DNA of 64,000 nucleotides, taken from the NCBI GenBank assembly GCA_964016885.1, contig OZ024743.1, forward strand, positions 180,668,001-180,732,000, written 5' to 3'. Each line of letters opens with the position of its first letter. Within the stretch, counting starts at the first letter, position 1. The position numbers were made by a program, and so were the translations under genes. Below the pieces are notes generated by a model. That model was not told the DNA's origin and did not search any database. It saw only the letters and a list, made by a program, of their open reading frames with translations. Of the stretch, positions 28,095-41,845 are shown one piece after another. Origin of the DNA: Eledone cirrhosa. Taxonomy: Eukaryota.

Positions 28095-30450
28095 ATGGAA
28101 AAGCATTACATAGGTATGTCCCTAAAGAACATTCCTATACCTCGGAGAAAGGATTATACTCTCGGGATGATACAGCGAACAAACGACTTTACACGCAGAG
28201 TTAGATGGAAAACTTTCCATTTCGACAAAGGACGTAATGGTCGCACCGTGGAATATAACAAGGAAACATACGGCTTCAAATCGTGTAAAAACCCACCTAC
28301 CAACCCCCAATTGGATGCCTTTGAACAGGACTTACTGAAGATGATTATGAATATCAAATTAAAAAAGCGGAGGAGTAATAAACTCCAGAATGACATAAAT
28401 ACATTCATAAAAAAGCTGCGAACCACCAATGGAATTATTGTCAAAGCGGACAAAACATCAAATGTGTATACGATGGATGTTAATACATACAATAGCTTCA
28501 TACGGAAGGAATTACATAGGAAATACAAAAATACAAATGAGGCGGCACTGATTAACATCAACAACGAGGCACGCAATATAGTCAAACACCTAGGAATAGA
28601 CGACAGAACGGAGCCACTTAAGCCATGTACCCCCACATTTAACCTCAAAGACCACAAGGTAAATTTTGATTATAACCCCACTATTAGACTTATATGCCCA
28701 TCCAAATCGGACATCGGGAAAATTAGTAAACATATATTAGACAGAGTGATAGCACAAATGAAGAATAAACTAGTGATTAAACTATGGGGTAACGCTACCG
28801 AAACAATTAAGTGGTTTAACAATATAGCTAACAGAGAAGTATCTAAATTTATACAATTTGACATTAACAATTATTACTCATCTATATCCTCCAACACCTT
28901 GGATAAAGCCTTAGCATTCGCCAAAGCCAATTCTGACATAACAGACGACGAGATAAAAATTATATTAGCTGTTAGGAAAACAATAATTAAATTTGAAAAC
29001 GCCTATTGGGAACGTAAGGATAGATTAAATAACTTTGACATCACGATGGGGGCTAATGACTCGGCTCAAGTCACAGACTTAGTAGGTATTTACATAGCCC
29101 ATAGTTTACAAAGAGAGTTTAGCGACCTTCACGGTGGAATCTACAGAGACGACGCCCTTCTCCTAGTTAAGAACCTAAATAACCAGAGCATAGAAAGACT
29201 CCGTAAGAATATTAGAAAAACTCTCGGAAAACTAGGCCAGCATAACGTATGAGTATAGCACTAAAACAGTTAACTTTCTAGATGTGACGCTTAACCTAAA
29301 TACGGGACTTATAAGACTTTTTCACAAGATTAATGAAAACTTAGCATACATCAACTATAACTCAAACCACACACTATCAATAATTAAATCCATTCCACGC
29401 AACATATCCCTTAGGATCTCCCGCCTCTCATCTAACCGGCAAATCTTCGAAGAATATGCAGAATACTACAATACCGCATTAGACAAGGCAGGCCACTTAG
29501 ATAGAGTAGAATATATAGATGAAAGCCTCTGTGAAGCGCACACGAACACGCATAACACAAACTCCAGAAACACACGCATACACACATTTACGCATAGAAC
29601 TGCGAAGTATACGGCAAATAGAAATACAACATCGAAATCAAACAAGTCACGCAGTAGAAAATATATTTGGTATAACCCCATATTTAACACCTCTATTAGT
29701 ACTAACCTACCCTCTACTTTCTTTAGAATAATAAATAGGCACTTTCCAGATTCACATAGATACAGCAAAATCCTTAACACTAAATCTATTAGACTATCCT
29801 ACTGCACGGCACCAAATATAGAGGCACACATTAAGATGCTTAACGCTAAAAAGATACATAACAACACCAAAACACAAATTTACAACAATAACAATACAAT
29901 TACCACCGAACACAACAGAATATCTAATACACAACCACCCGCTAATAGGCAAACAAAACGTAACACACTTGTTCAGGCATCGCAGCCCACAAATAATGCT
30001 AAAGTTGCCCATAACAAGAAATGTAACTGCCACCTACCTGAAACCTGTCCATTACAAAATGAATGTATGCAGTCTAATCTGGTTTACCAATGCACAGTGG
30101 AATCAGACAACCAGAAATGGTATTACATCGGAGCGACTGGGAATATATTTAAAGCTCGTTGGTATACACACCGTTACGCAATGAAACATTCCCAGCACCG
30201 TTATGTAACTACCCTTGCAAACAAGACCTGGCAACTGAGGGAAAGTAACCATCAATACACCCTGAAGTGGAAAAAATTATCGAACGCGCCCCCATATCGG
30301 AGTGGTATGAGAAGCTGTCGATTATGCGACCTTGAGCTGTTCCACATTTTGAGTTCGAAGAATAGGTTGCTCAACAATAAAATTGAGAGATCAATTTATT
30401 GTAACCATAGACTCAAAGAGAAATTTTCGCACTACAAATCGAACCCTTAA
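28095..30450 (+). pseudogene. PLE RT-GIY-YIG polyprotein with one frameshift near 29238 (ORFs 28095-29252 + 29284-30450)
   Basis: SLKNIPIP, KADKTSN, IRLICPSKSDIG, FIQFDINNYYSSI, FDITMGANDSAQVTDLVG, GIYRDDAL, CNC..PETCPL..EC, NLVYQC, YIGATG, CRLCDLE. Clade assignment (Naiad) is inferred from recalled motifs. Confidence 0.93.
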
Positions 30451-30704
30451 CCTCTTACTACCAACTGACAAACTGCATATACTTAGACTTTATACCCTCT
30501 TATATCTAAACCCTTTAATTACCCACAAAACCATTACATATATCCCCCTCTTCTCCCTCATTCCTCTTCTATTTCTTCGTTTTCTTCCTTCCATCCCCCT
30601 TCTTGGCTATCTTTTCTTTTCTTCTTTCTCACCCCCTTCTTTGCTTTTATTTTTGTCATTATTATCTTTATTTTTATTTTATATATATATATATGTAAAT
30701 GTAT

Positions 30705-30750
<46 letters not shown>

Positions 30751-31055
30751 TTATATCCCCCCCTCTCTCTCCCTCTCTATCCATCCCTCCCACTATTATC
30801 TATTTAATTATCTTTAACTCACTACACTCCACGACAAGATGTCTGCTATCAAAACTGACCAAAGAATCCTTCCACCTCTACCCCTCCCTCCAACTCAGTT
30901 TGTCATTCTACTTCCTACCTCTTCCCCCTTCCTCTCTCTCTATACTATGCCGTCTGTCCCCTCACCTCCTGATTCCTCTCTCTCTATACTAGTAAATACA
31001 ATTCCAAATAAATGTTTTTCTCTATATATTAAGAATTATTTCAAGAGTAACTCAC

Positions 31056-31157
31056 TATTTTGAAAATTTGGACTGTGAACAACAATTATAATTGAGTGGC
31101 TGCTATTTGCAGTATAGCAATATAAGGTTGCACTTACCAATGAAACGGTCGTAAATA
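31056..31157 (+). ncRNA. Type I hammerhead ribozyme, U3:A8 variant (3' pLTR)
   Basis: Copy of 27762-27863. Confidence 0.7.
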
Positions 31158-31207
31158 CCTGGATAAAATCCTTCTCTTAATGCTTACCTGTGTTTTCTCT
31201 TTTATAC

Positions 31208-31238
<31 letters not shown>

Positions 31239-31589
31239 ATATATGTATATGTAGATAGACCAGGTTTTTTTCATTCTGTAGATTGAAGGCAACATTTTTT
31301 TGCTTTTAAGAAACCACTGGTGAATGGAATAATTGCCTTATGTTGCTTATTACTTTATTACTTTACTACTATATATATGTATATGTAAGGTTCATATGAA
31401 TTATCTAAGACTGTGTTTTACACACACACACATGTATGTATGTATATATATATATATATTTGTATGCGTGTGTGTGTGTTTGTATTTGGTTGTGCGTGTT
31501 TATGATATGTACGGATTTGTATATGTATAATTGTATAGCTATGTATGTATATGTGTGTGTGTATGTATACATATATATGTGTATTTTTA

Positions 31590-31662
<73 letters not shown>

Positions 31663-32059
31663 ATATGTGTGTGTATAATTGTATACGTGTGTGTGTGCGT
31701 GTTTGTGCATGTATTGGTGTATGTGTATGTATGTGTTTATGTATTTGTATATGTATATTTATGTGTGAGAGTGTGTGTATGTATTCACTATTTCGTACGT
31801 ATGTATACGTGCATTTGTGTGTATTACTTACCACGCGTGTCTGTTCATCAACCCGCTGTTTGTATCGCCGTCAACTCTATAATAATTTTTATTTTTTTAT
31901 ATATATGCATTTTTTCTTATATTTATTTGCGTGTGTGAAAATGTAGAGGAGTGCATTTATGTATGTGTATGTATGTACGTGTGTATATATGTATGATTTT
32001 GTGCATGTATGTATGTATTTATGTATGTGTGTATGGCTATGTTTGTGTATGTGTATGCT

Positions 32060-32162
<103 letters not shown>

Positions 32163-32196
32163 GTAGGAGGTGAGTTTTATTGTAGTACAATAAATG

Positions 32197-32259
32197 TTAT
32201 CTGATGAAAACACAAATATTATTGCATGATGATATTTGTTTTTGAAATGCGCATAATAA
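32197..32259 (+). ncRNA. Type I hammerhead ribozyme in a ~140-bp islet within (TA)n
   Basis: TTAT-CTGATGA-AAACACAAATATTAT tgcatg ATGATATTTGTTTTT-GAAA-TGCGCA-TA-ATAA. Palindromic stem III ATGCGCAT. Confidence 0.85.
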
Positions 32260-32471
32260 AATACATGGAACTCTTTTTAACCATCTTTTGTTCTTATATA
32301 TTATGTATATATATATATATATGTGTATATATATATATATATTTATGTTTCTATATGTATGTATGTGTGTATATATGTGCGTGTGGTTGTACATATGTAT
32401 GTGTATGTATGTATGTGTGTATTTATTTACACATATATGTGTGTATATATGTGTGTGTGTATGTATGAGTG

Positions 32472-32520
<49 letters not shown>

Positions 32521-32679
32521 ATGTATGCTTTTGTGTGTGTGTGTGTGCATGTTTGTGTGTGTGTTTGCATGTGTGGTTTTATTTTATTTTTCCTTTCCTT
32601 CTTCTTTCTCCAGCCTCACTTTCATATAGATTGCATTTTTGTTTTTTAAAATCCAAATTCAATAAACAGACCAGTATTT

Positions 32680-32739
32680 TTTCATTCTGAGGATTGAAAG
32701 CAAAATCTTTTGTTTTTAAGAAACCACTGGTAAATAGAA
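32680..32739 (+). ncRNA. Type I hammerhead ribozyme
   Basis: TTTCATT-CTGAGGA-TTGAAAGCAAAA tc TTTTGTTTTTAA-GAAA-CC act GG-TA-AATAGAA. Confidence 0.78.
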
Positions 32740-32829
32740 TAATTGTCTTATGTTGTTTATTACATAACTATTAAGCTCTGTTACCTACACAGAGCACTCT
32801 TTTTTCCTGGACTTTTCCGATGGAATTAC

Positions 32830-32875
<46 letters not shown>

Positions 32876-32902
32876 TATATATATATACAGATATATATAT
32901 AC

Positions 32903-32990
<88 letters not shown>

Positions 32991-33459
32991 ATAATAATAA
33001 ATTTGAAGACTAAAATCCAAAGAGGGCTCGATAAGGATAAATATATATCAAATATATAATTTTGTCTTTGCGTGCTATTGTTCTCCACGCTCCACATATG
33101 ACGTATTATCTTCATTTTTTTCGTTCATTGCCAGAGAACGTCTCTATGCACCACCTAAGAGAACATTAGTCTACGATCTCTATTATACCATAAACGTGGT
33201 TCTGTCTTTGCGCGTAATTGTTTTTCAGCGCTCCTATTAATGACGTATTATATTCGTTTTTTCCCGTTCTTAGCCAGCGAACGTTTCCACAAACCAAAGT
33301 ATCGTCTTCCTGTCTTCCTCCGGTTGCAACGTTTTTTGAAATATCCAGTTCTGCATTTACAGATCGACTTTGTTAGTTTCAGAAGATACCGTTAAGGGTG
33401 AAAGCGGCGATTATTTGCTTAAACTTTAATCTGCTATTTTAATAAATATATATATATAT

Positions 33460-33606
33460 ATTATTTCTGAAGACGGCATATGTATGTGTTGATATGTATA
33501 TTCTATTTGATAGTTTGTATAATTTTGTATAATTTTGTACATAGATCTTTTGAATATGCATGCCAATTCTAACACATATATGTCCTAGAAACGATCGTTA
33601 AATAAT
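33460..33606 (+). ncRNA. Type I hammerhead ribozyme with ~114-nt stem II
   Basis: ATTATTT-CTGAAGA-CGGCATATGTATGTGTTG...AACACATATATGTCCTA-GAAA-CGATCG-TT-AAATAAT. Palindromic stem III ACGATCGT. Partial inverted copy at 53830-53979. Confidence 0.78.
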
Positions 33607-33658
33607 GAACTTTTTTTGTTTAATATAAGGAACTGTTTCATTGTTTTATTCATTATTT

Positions 33659-33719
<61 letters not shown>

Positions 33720-33802
33720 TATATAAATAAATGCCATTGTTAAATAATAAATAAATCAACTAACGCCTTAACACTTCACACAAAGTAAAACATTTCGTTT
33801 TA

Positions 33803-33850
<48 letters not shown>

Positions 33851-33905
33851 TATATATACAGATATATACACACACATATATATATATATATATATACAGA
33901 TATAT

Positions 33906-33946
<41 letters not shown>

Positions 33947-33976
33947 TATATACAGATATATATATATATATATGTG

Positions 33977-34548
<572 letters not shown>

Positions 34549-34769
34549 TATATATATATTTCGTTTCTGAATTTGTTTAGCAAGATTCTTTATCTGAAAT
34601 CGTGTGTTGAAACTGATATTGTTATACTTTGGGAGGGTCATGTTGCCAATAAGAAACACACGCACCAGTTGCTTTCACTTCAATTTATTATAATAAATTT
34701 ATAAATTTAGGAAATTATAAATTTCTGGTTGGTTGGTTGGTTCCACAACCAGATAGTTGTTTATATATT

Positions 34770-34812
34770 GTCAAAGTTCTTTCGTCACACATTCTGTGAC
34801 CTCTTCAGTGAC
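34770..34812 (-). ncRNA. Minimal hammerhead ribozyme in PLE 3' end
   Basis: Mirror copy of 38123-38166. Confidence 0.7.
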
Positions 34813-37800
34813 TGGGGATTCTTTTCTTTGTTTTTGTGCCTCTCCTTTGTTCTGTCCTACGCCATTTTGTTTCTGTGTGTGTGTTGTGTGCTCAGTCTGC
34901 GCATGCGCCACATCCGGGTGTCTGTGTGTGTTTATATTTGTTTATTTATTTGTTTATTTCATGGTACCGGTTGGTTGTTTGTTCTATGTGTGTGTGTGTG
35001 TTTTCATTTTGTCCTTAATTGTAAGTTGTGATGTTGCTGTTCAACTCATATTTTCTATTTAATTTTGGTTGTAATTCTTTTATGTTTATTGCCTCTGTGA
35101 TTTGTCTAAACATTGCGTCTTTTCTGTGTGTAGATTCTATTTTTATTTCTATGTTCTCTAATTTACCCTTATGTTCTATTTTAGCATGTTGGTAGAGTAC
35201 AGATGATTCTTTACTATCTTGAAGGTCTCGCCAGTGTTCATTTATCCGTTACCTTACACTACGAGCTGTCTCACCTATGTACACTATATTTTTGTCTCTA
35301 CATTGTCCTTCAGTACATCTTATGCTATACACTACATTTCTAGTTTTACAGTTAATATGGGGGCTTATTTTACAGGTTATACATTTCTTATCTATACATG
35401 AGGGTCTTTGGAAAGGGTATGTCTTGCTAATAAGTGTTTTTACGGAGGTACCTGGTCTTTCTACTATCTTAATATTGAGTTTATGTTTATCTAGGGCCCT
35501 TCTAAATTTGTAAGCTAATTCACCTCTAGGGGTTGTATCGATGAACATTACACTCTGGTATTTATTGCTATCATACCATGAGTTTATTCTATTAGCCTTA
35601 TTCCTAGTTCTTTCTATTCTATTCCAAAATTTGCTCCTATACAAGGGGCAGGTCCCATTTGTGTCATTATTTACCATTTTTCCCATTTGGTTCTGGCTCC
35701 TCTATACACTCTGAGCCTATCTCTCTGATTGTAGCCAGAGAACTGCATACGGTGGATGAAGTGTTGCATGTGTCGCTCTAGTTCTTCGGGGTTGCACATG
35801 CGGGACACGTTTCTCATCACCCGTACCAAATCCGCAATCAGTATGTTGATTTTGGTTTGGTCCGAAACAGCCGAGTTTCGGTGGATCAGATGTTTGGAAG
35901 TCATGGGTTTGGCATAATGGGAATGGAGGATTTGTTTTTTGTTATTAATGGTATCTAACCAGAGCTCTGTGTCTAGTACAGGTAATCGATGGTTGGGGTG
36001 TTTACTTGGGTAGTCTATAGTAACTCTAATACTCTGGTGGATGGAGTTAGCTATTTGCTGGATGCTTTCCATTGTAATTTTCTCTAGTTCCTGACTGTTC
36101 TCTAGTGGGGGTGTCTTAACTACCATGTTTATATCGTCAACGTAGCGGGAGTACATTATCAGGGTTAAGGGGTCTTCTAATTGTTCTTTAAGTTTAAGTT
36201 TAAGTCTACTGTCCCACCATACCATGAATAAGTTAGCTATGTCGCCTGCAATGCTTACACCAATGGCTGCTCCTTCCTCTTGGCATATGTTTTCCCATTA
36301 AATTTGAACATATGTTCCTTAAGGGTTAGTTTTATGCTGGCCCTTACCGCATGTGCAATCATTTTCTTCAGTTCATCGTGGTTTTCGTGTTTCCGTATGA
36401 CTCTTGTCCACCCGTTCCATCTATCTGTGTGGGTTTTCTTGGCCATTGAGGTAATGGTAGGTGGTCTGCCTTTTGCTGGTCTTGTAGGGCACAGGTTGCT
36501 AAGGTCATATGTGTCTAGGTAATTATTACTATAGGTAAGTTTAAGTAGGAAAACCACGATGAACTGAAGAAAATGATTGCACATGCGGTAGGGGCCACCA
36601 TAAAACTACCCCTTAAGGAACATATGTTCAAATTTAATGGAAAAACATATGCCCAAGAGGAAGGAGCAGCCATTGGTGTTAGCATTGCAGGCGGCATAGC
36701 TAACTTATTCATGGTATGGTGGGACAGTAGACTTAAACTTAAACTTAAAGAACAATTAGAAGACCCCTTAACCCTGATAATGTACTCCCGCTACGTAGAT
36801 GATATAAACATCGTAGTTAAGACACCCCCACTAGAGAACAGTCAGGAACTAGAGAAAAACACAATGGAAAGCATCCAGCAAATAGCAAACTCCATCCACC
36901 AGAGTATTAGAGTTACTATAGACTACCCAAGTAAACACCCCAACCATCGATTACCTGTACTAGACACAGAACTCTGGTTAGATACCATTAATAACAAAAA
37001 AACAAATCCTCCATTCCCATTATGCCAAACCCATGACTTCCAAACATCTGATCCACCAAAACTCGGCTGTTTCGGACCATACCAAAATCAACATACTGAT
37101 TGCGGTATTGGTACGGGTGATGAGAAACGTGTCCCGCATGTGCAACCCCGTAGAACTAGAGAGACACATACAACACTTCATCCACCGTATGCAGTTCTCT
37201 GGTTACAATCGGAGAGATAAAATCAGAGTGTATAGAGGAGCCAGAAGCAAATGGGAAAAAATGGTAAATAATGACACAAATGGGACCTGCCCCTTGTATA
37301 GGAGCAAATTTTGGAATAGAATAGAAAGAACTAGGAATAAGGCTAATAGAATAAACTCATGGTGTGATAGCAATAAATACCAGAGTGTAATGTTCATCGA
37401 TACAACCCCTAGAGGTGAATTAGCTTACAAATTTAGAAGGGCCCTAGATAAACATAAACTCAATATTTAGATAGTAGAAAGACCAGGTACCTCCGTAAAA
37501 ACACTTATTAGCAAGACATACCCTTTCCAAAGACCCTCATGTATAGATAAGAAATGTATAACCTGTAAAATAAGCCCCCATATTAACTGTAAAACTAGAA
37601 ATGTAGTGTATAGCATAAGATGTACTGAAGGACAATGTAGAGACAAAAATATAGTGTACATAGGTGAGACAGCTCGTAGTGTAAGGTAACGGATAAATGA
37701 ACACTGGCGAGACCTTCAAGATAGTAAAGAATCATCTGTACTCTACCAACATGCTAAAATAGAACATAAGGGTAAATTAGAGAACATAGCAATGAAAATA

Positions 37801-38122
37801 GAATCTACACACAGAAAAGACGCAATGTTTAGACAAATCACAGAGGCAATAAACATAAAAGAATTACAACTAAAATTAAATAGAAAATATGAGTGGAACA
37901 GCAACATCACAACTTACAATTAAGAACAAAATGAAAACAAAAACACACATAGAACAAACAACCAACCGGTAACATGTAAATAAACAAATACATAAACAAA
38001 TATAAACACACACAGGCACCCGGATGTGGCGCATGCGCAGACTGAGCACACAACACACACACAGAAACAAAAGGCGTAGGACAAAACAAAGGAGAAGCAC
38101 AAAAACAAAGAAAAGAATCCCC

Positions 38123-38166
38123 AGTCACTGAAGAGGTCACAGAATGTGTGACGAAAGAACTTTGAC
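38123..38166 (+). ncRNA. Minimal hammerhead ribozyme in PLE 3' end
   Basis: GTCA-CTGAAGA-GGTCAC agaatgt GTGAC-GAAA-GAAC-TT-TGAC. Confidence 0.7.
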
Positions 38167-38312
38167 AATATATAAACAACTATCTGGTTGTGGAACCAAC
38201 CAACCAACCTGAAATTTGTAAATTCCTAAATTTATAAATTTATTATAATAAATTGAAGTGAAAGCAACTGGTGCGTGTGTTTCTTATTGGCAACATGACC
38301 CTCCCAAAGTAT

Positions 38313-38347
<35 letters not shown>

Positions 38348-38372
38348 TGTAATAAACAACATAAGGCAATTA

Positions 38373-38432
38373 TTCCATTTACCAGTGGTTTCTTAAAAGC
38401 AAAATATTTTGCTTTCAATCATCAGAATGAAA
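38373..38432 (-). ncRNA. Type I hammerhead ribozyme (best copy of the 31269/32680 family)
   Basis: Minus strand TTTCATT-CTGATGA-TTGAAAGCAAAATATTTTGCTTTTAA-GAAA-CC act GG-TA-AATGGAA. Canonical core and 7-bp stem I. Confidence 0.88.
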
Positions 38433-38576
38433 AAATCCTGGTGTATTTATTGATATTGGATTCTAAAAACAAAAATGCAATCTATATGAAAGTGAGGTTG
38501 GAGAAGGAAGAAGGAAAGGAAAAATAAAATAAAAACACACATGCAAACACACACACACACAATTATATACATACAG

Positions 38577-38607
<31 letters not shown>

Positions 38608-39784
38608 CATACACTCATACATACACACCCACATATACACATATATATGTGTATATATATACATACACATAGATATACACATACATACACACATAAATAT
38701 CAACATATCCATACATACACATACATATATACAACCACACACACGTATAGAAATATAAATATATATATATATATATATGCATACACATACACATACATAG
38801 CCATACACACATACATATACATACATACACACACGTTCATACATACACATTCTGTATATGTACACGAACGCCTCCGTATGTGCGCGTGCGTACGTGTATA
38901 TATATATATGTGTATGTATGTGTGTTTTTATATCTGTGTTTTTACATCTCGGTTTTTTTACATTCTTATTTTTATGTGTGTGCATGTAAGCGGGTCAACG
39001 TGCGTGAGTGTATGTGTGTGTGTGTATGTACTGGATGTATGGATGTGTAAGTGTGCGTATGTATATATGTATGTATATATTTATGTGTGTGTATGTGTGT
39101 ATACAGTCGCGTACGTACGCGTGATTAGATATACATGGGGCGAGGTGTATGTATATATATATGTGCATCCTGTGTGTGTATGTATACTTGCATACGCTTT
39201 TGTCTGCACGTTTTGCGTGTATATATATTTTTTTATAGATATACGTTTCTTATAGATATATGTGTGTATGTACGCGTGTACGTTGTATGTTTTCTTTACT
39301 TCACTTTGCAATTTTTTCTTTCTAAATTATTGTTCCATTTTTATAAATATATCGAGAATGATACTTCCTTTTTACTATTACACTCCCTTACCTCTTTTTC
39401 TTCCGCATATAAGTGTACGCGCGTGTGTGTGTGTTTATACGCGCGCCTTCATATTCTTATGATGTATCTAATACCCTGTTTTTCTGTATACCTGTCAACC
39501 GGACACTCATATCATGTCTGTGTCTGTAGTTACATATACACAGATATACTACCCCTCACACATATATTTACGCACACATTTTCACTATACACACACATTT
39601 GTACATACATACATATGTACATCTGTGAGTGTATATACATACATATACACACACCTAACTATATTTCTTAAATTTTTTTTAATATATTTTACATGTCTAT
39701 TGTATTACCTTTATCTATATTTATGTAATTTTTTTTTTTTTGCATTTCTTGAGGAGACTTTCCAAATATTTAGCTATGTTTTAT

Positions 39785-39862
39785 ATTGCCTCGTCCGACG
39801 AACGAATGAAGACGTTTCTTTCGTATTCGCCTTATTCGGGAAACCTCTGGTAATGAGGTAAT
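39785..39862 (+). ncRNA. Type I hammerhead ribozyme, U4C variant
   Basis: ATTGCCTCGT-CCGACGA-ACGAATGAAGACG..CGCCTTATTCGG-GAAA-CC tct GG-TA-ATGAGGTAAT. 10-bp stem I. Confidence 0.75.
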
Positions 39863-39911
39863 TATATTGTATTGTTTTTTATACATTATATATATATATA
39901 TATATATATAC

Positions 39912-40234
39912 ATTGTTATACTTTGGGAGGGTCATGTTGCCAATAAGAAACCCACGCACCCTAGCTTGCACTTCAATTTATTATAAATTAAATTTATAAA
40001 TTTAGGAATTTATAAATTTCCGGTTGGTTGGTTGGTTCCACAACCAGACGATTGTTCATATGGAGATGGCGTATGACAGAACAGAGGAGAGGCACAAAAA
40101 CAAAAACAAAATAAAGAAAAGAATCCCCAGTCACTGAAGAGGTCACAGAATGTGTGACGAAGAACTTTGACAATATATGAACAATCGTCTGGTTGTGGAA
40201 CCAACCAACCAACCGGATATTTATAAATTCCTAA

Positions 40235-40240
<6 letters not shown>
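39912..40240. mobile_element. Mini fold-back remnant of the palindromic PLE family 3' end (degenerate HHR at 40129-40171)
   Basis: 39912-40060 (-) and 40065-40240 (+) both match 38060-38320. A 35-bp tip of the same family lies at 20775-20810. Confidence 0.85.
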
Positions 40241-40273
<33 letters not shown>

Positions 40274-40306
40274 TATATACATATATATATATATACAGAT
40301 ATATAC

Positions 40307-40395
<89 letters not shown>

Positions 40396-40433
40396 TATCT
40401 GTATATATCTGTATATATATATATATGTATATA

Positions 40434-40475
<42 letters not shown>

Positions 40476-40500
40476 TATATACATATATATATATATACAG

Positions 40501-40579
<79 letters not shown>

Positions 40580-40695
40580 TATATTTATATATATATATGC
40601 AGATATATACAGATATATTTATATATATATATATACAGATATATACAGATATATTTATATATATATATATATACAGATATACACAGATATATTTA

Positions 40696-40734
<39 letters not shown>

Positions 40735-41263
40735 TCATATATAAATACACATATATATATTTATATATATAAATATATAAACATATATATATAATATATA
40801 ATTCTTGGCCTTCGTAATCGATTTTAGATTTTTTTTTCAGACTACATTTTGCAAATTCTTTATGACGGAGATATTTTTACAGCCATCTGCTATTGTTGCT
40901 ATTTGAATGTTGTTATAAATAAAGCAATGACTTCCTTTTATAGCAATTCATGAGGAAACATAGTTTGCTAGAAATGCAACAGACCAAATACATGTTCGCA
41001 ATAAAAATAGAGATCTGTCCACTTCAAATCGTATACTTATGCATTAGGTGTATGAATAGGATTTCTATTACATATGTGCGTATATATATTATATGTATAT
41101 ATATAGGTGTCTGTGTGTATATGCATACATATATGTATAGATATAGATATTTGTGTATATATATATATATATACATACATACATACACATGTGTATCTGT
41201 ATGCGTTTGTACAAGCAGTTACATATATGGATATGCACACATAATGTATGTATTCGTATGTAC

Positions 41264-41296
<33 letters not shown>

Positions 41297-41425
41297 GGTG
41301 TGGGTGTGTGTGGGTGCGTGGGTGTATATATGTGTATATATATATGTGTGTGTGTGTGTGTGATTGTGTGTTGTCTGTATAAATGTATGATGTATTTATC
41401 TATGTACGAGTGTGTGTCTCTCTCC

Positions 41426-41468
<43 letters not shown>

Positions 41469-41699
41469 GTGCGTATGATTATTGATTTCTAATATAAGCA
41501 TAAGACATTTTGTTGAGGTGTAAATGGATTATATCAAACCCAATAGATTTTATTTACCAGGCTGATAAAAGTTAACACGTTTCCTATTTGAAGCAAGGAA
41601 AGGATACTATTAGTTACAGTTTTTTACGTTTTTGAGAAACTATAATTCATTTTGTCCGACGATCTGTCAGTTCCGTTGTTTCACCACTTTTATATTTTA

Positions 41700-41845
41700 A
41701 ATTGGCGGTAGAACGTCGGGTATAATGCTTTGCAGTATTTATTCTGGCTCTCTTAACTTTCTGAGTTCAAATCTCGCCCAGCTCAACTTTGCCTTTTATC
41801 CTTTCGAAGTTGATAGAAAATACTTGTCTAGTACTGGGGTCGATT
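41700..41845 (+). mobile_element. Decayed tRNA-SINE
   Basis: ctgagttcaaatc B-box-like motif and tttgccttttatcctttcg..gat..aaaa..tactggggtcgat. Reverse complement of the 43560-44190 family. Confidence 0.7.

Larger units (their letters stand above)
27435..31210 (+). mobile_element. Near full-length Naiad-like PLE with direct pseudo-LTRs (~27440-27915 and ~30735-31210)
   Basis: ~475-bp direct repeats 3294 bp apart, each with an HHR, flanking an ATG-initiated RT-EN ORF. Confidence 0.93.
34559..38320. mobile_element. Second head-to-head palindromic PLE insertion (same family as 21788-27434, different subfamily; ~1.77-kb arms)
   Basis: Minus copy 34559-36548 and plus copy 36549-38320. 36387-36548 is unpaired. 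Coding remnants 35015-36548 (-) and 36549-37923 (+). Confidence 0.93.

Noticed and set aside
29230-29290. TGA at 29250-29252 as possible selenocysteine (some Naiad PLEs are selenoproteins)
   Set aside because: The conserved sequence (SITYEYSTKTVNFLDV) continues in another frame, so the TGA results from a frameshift.
33061-33290. Diverged two-copy direct repeats (~140-bp period; similarly ~155 bp at 53150-53450)
   Set aside because: Real but uninformative local duplications, with no motif or structure identified.
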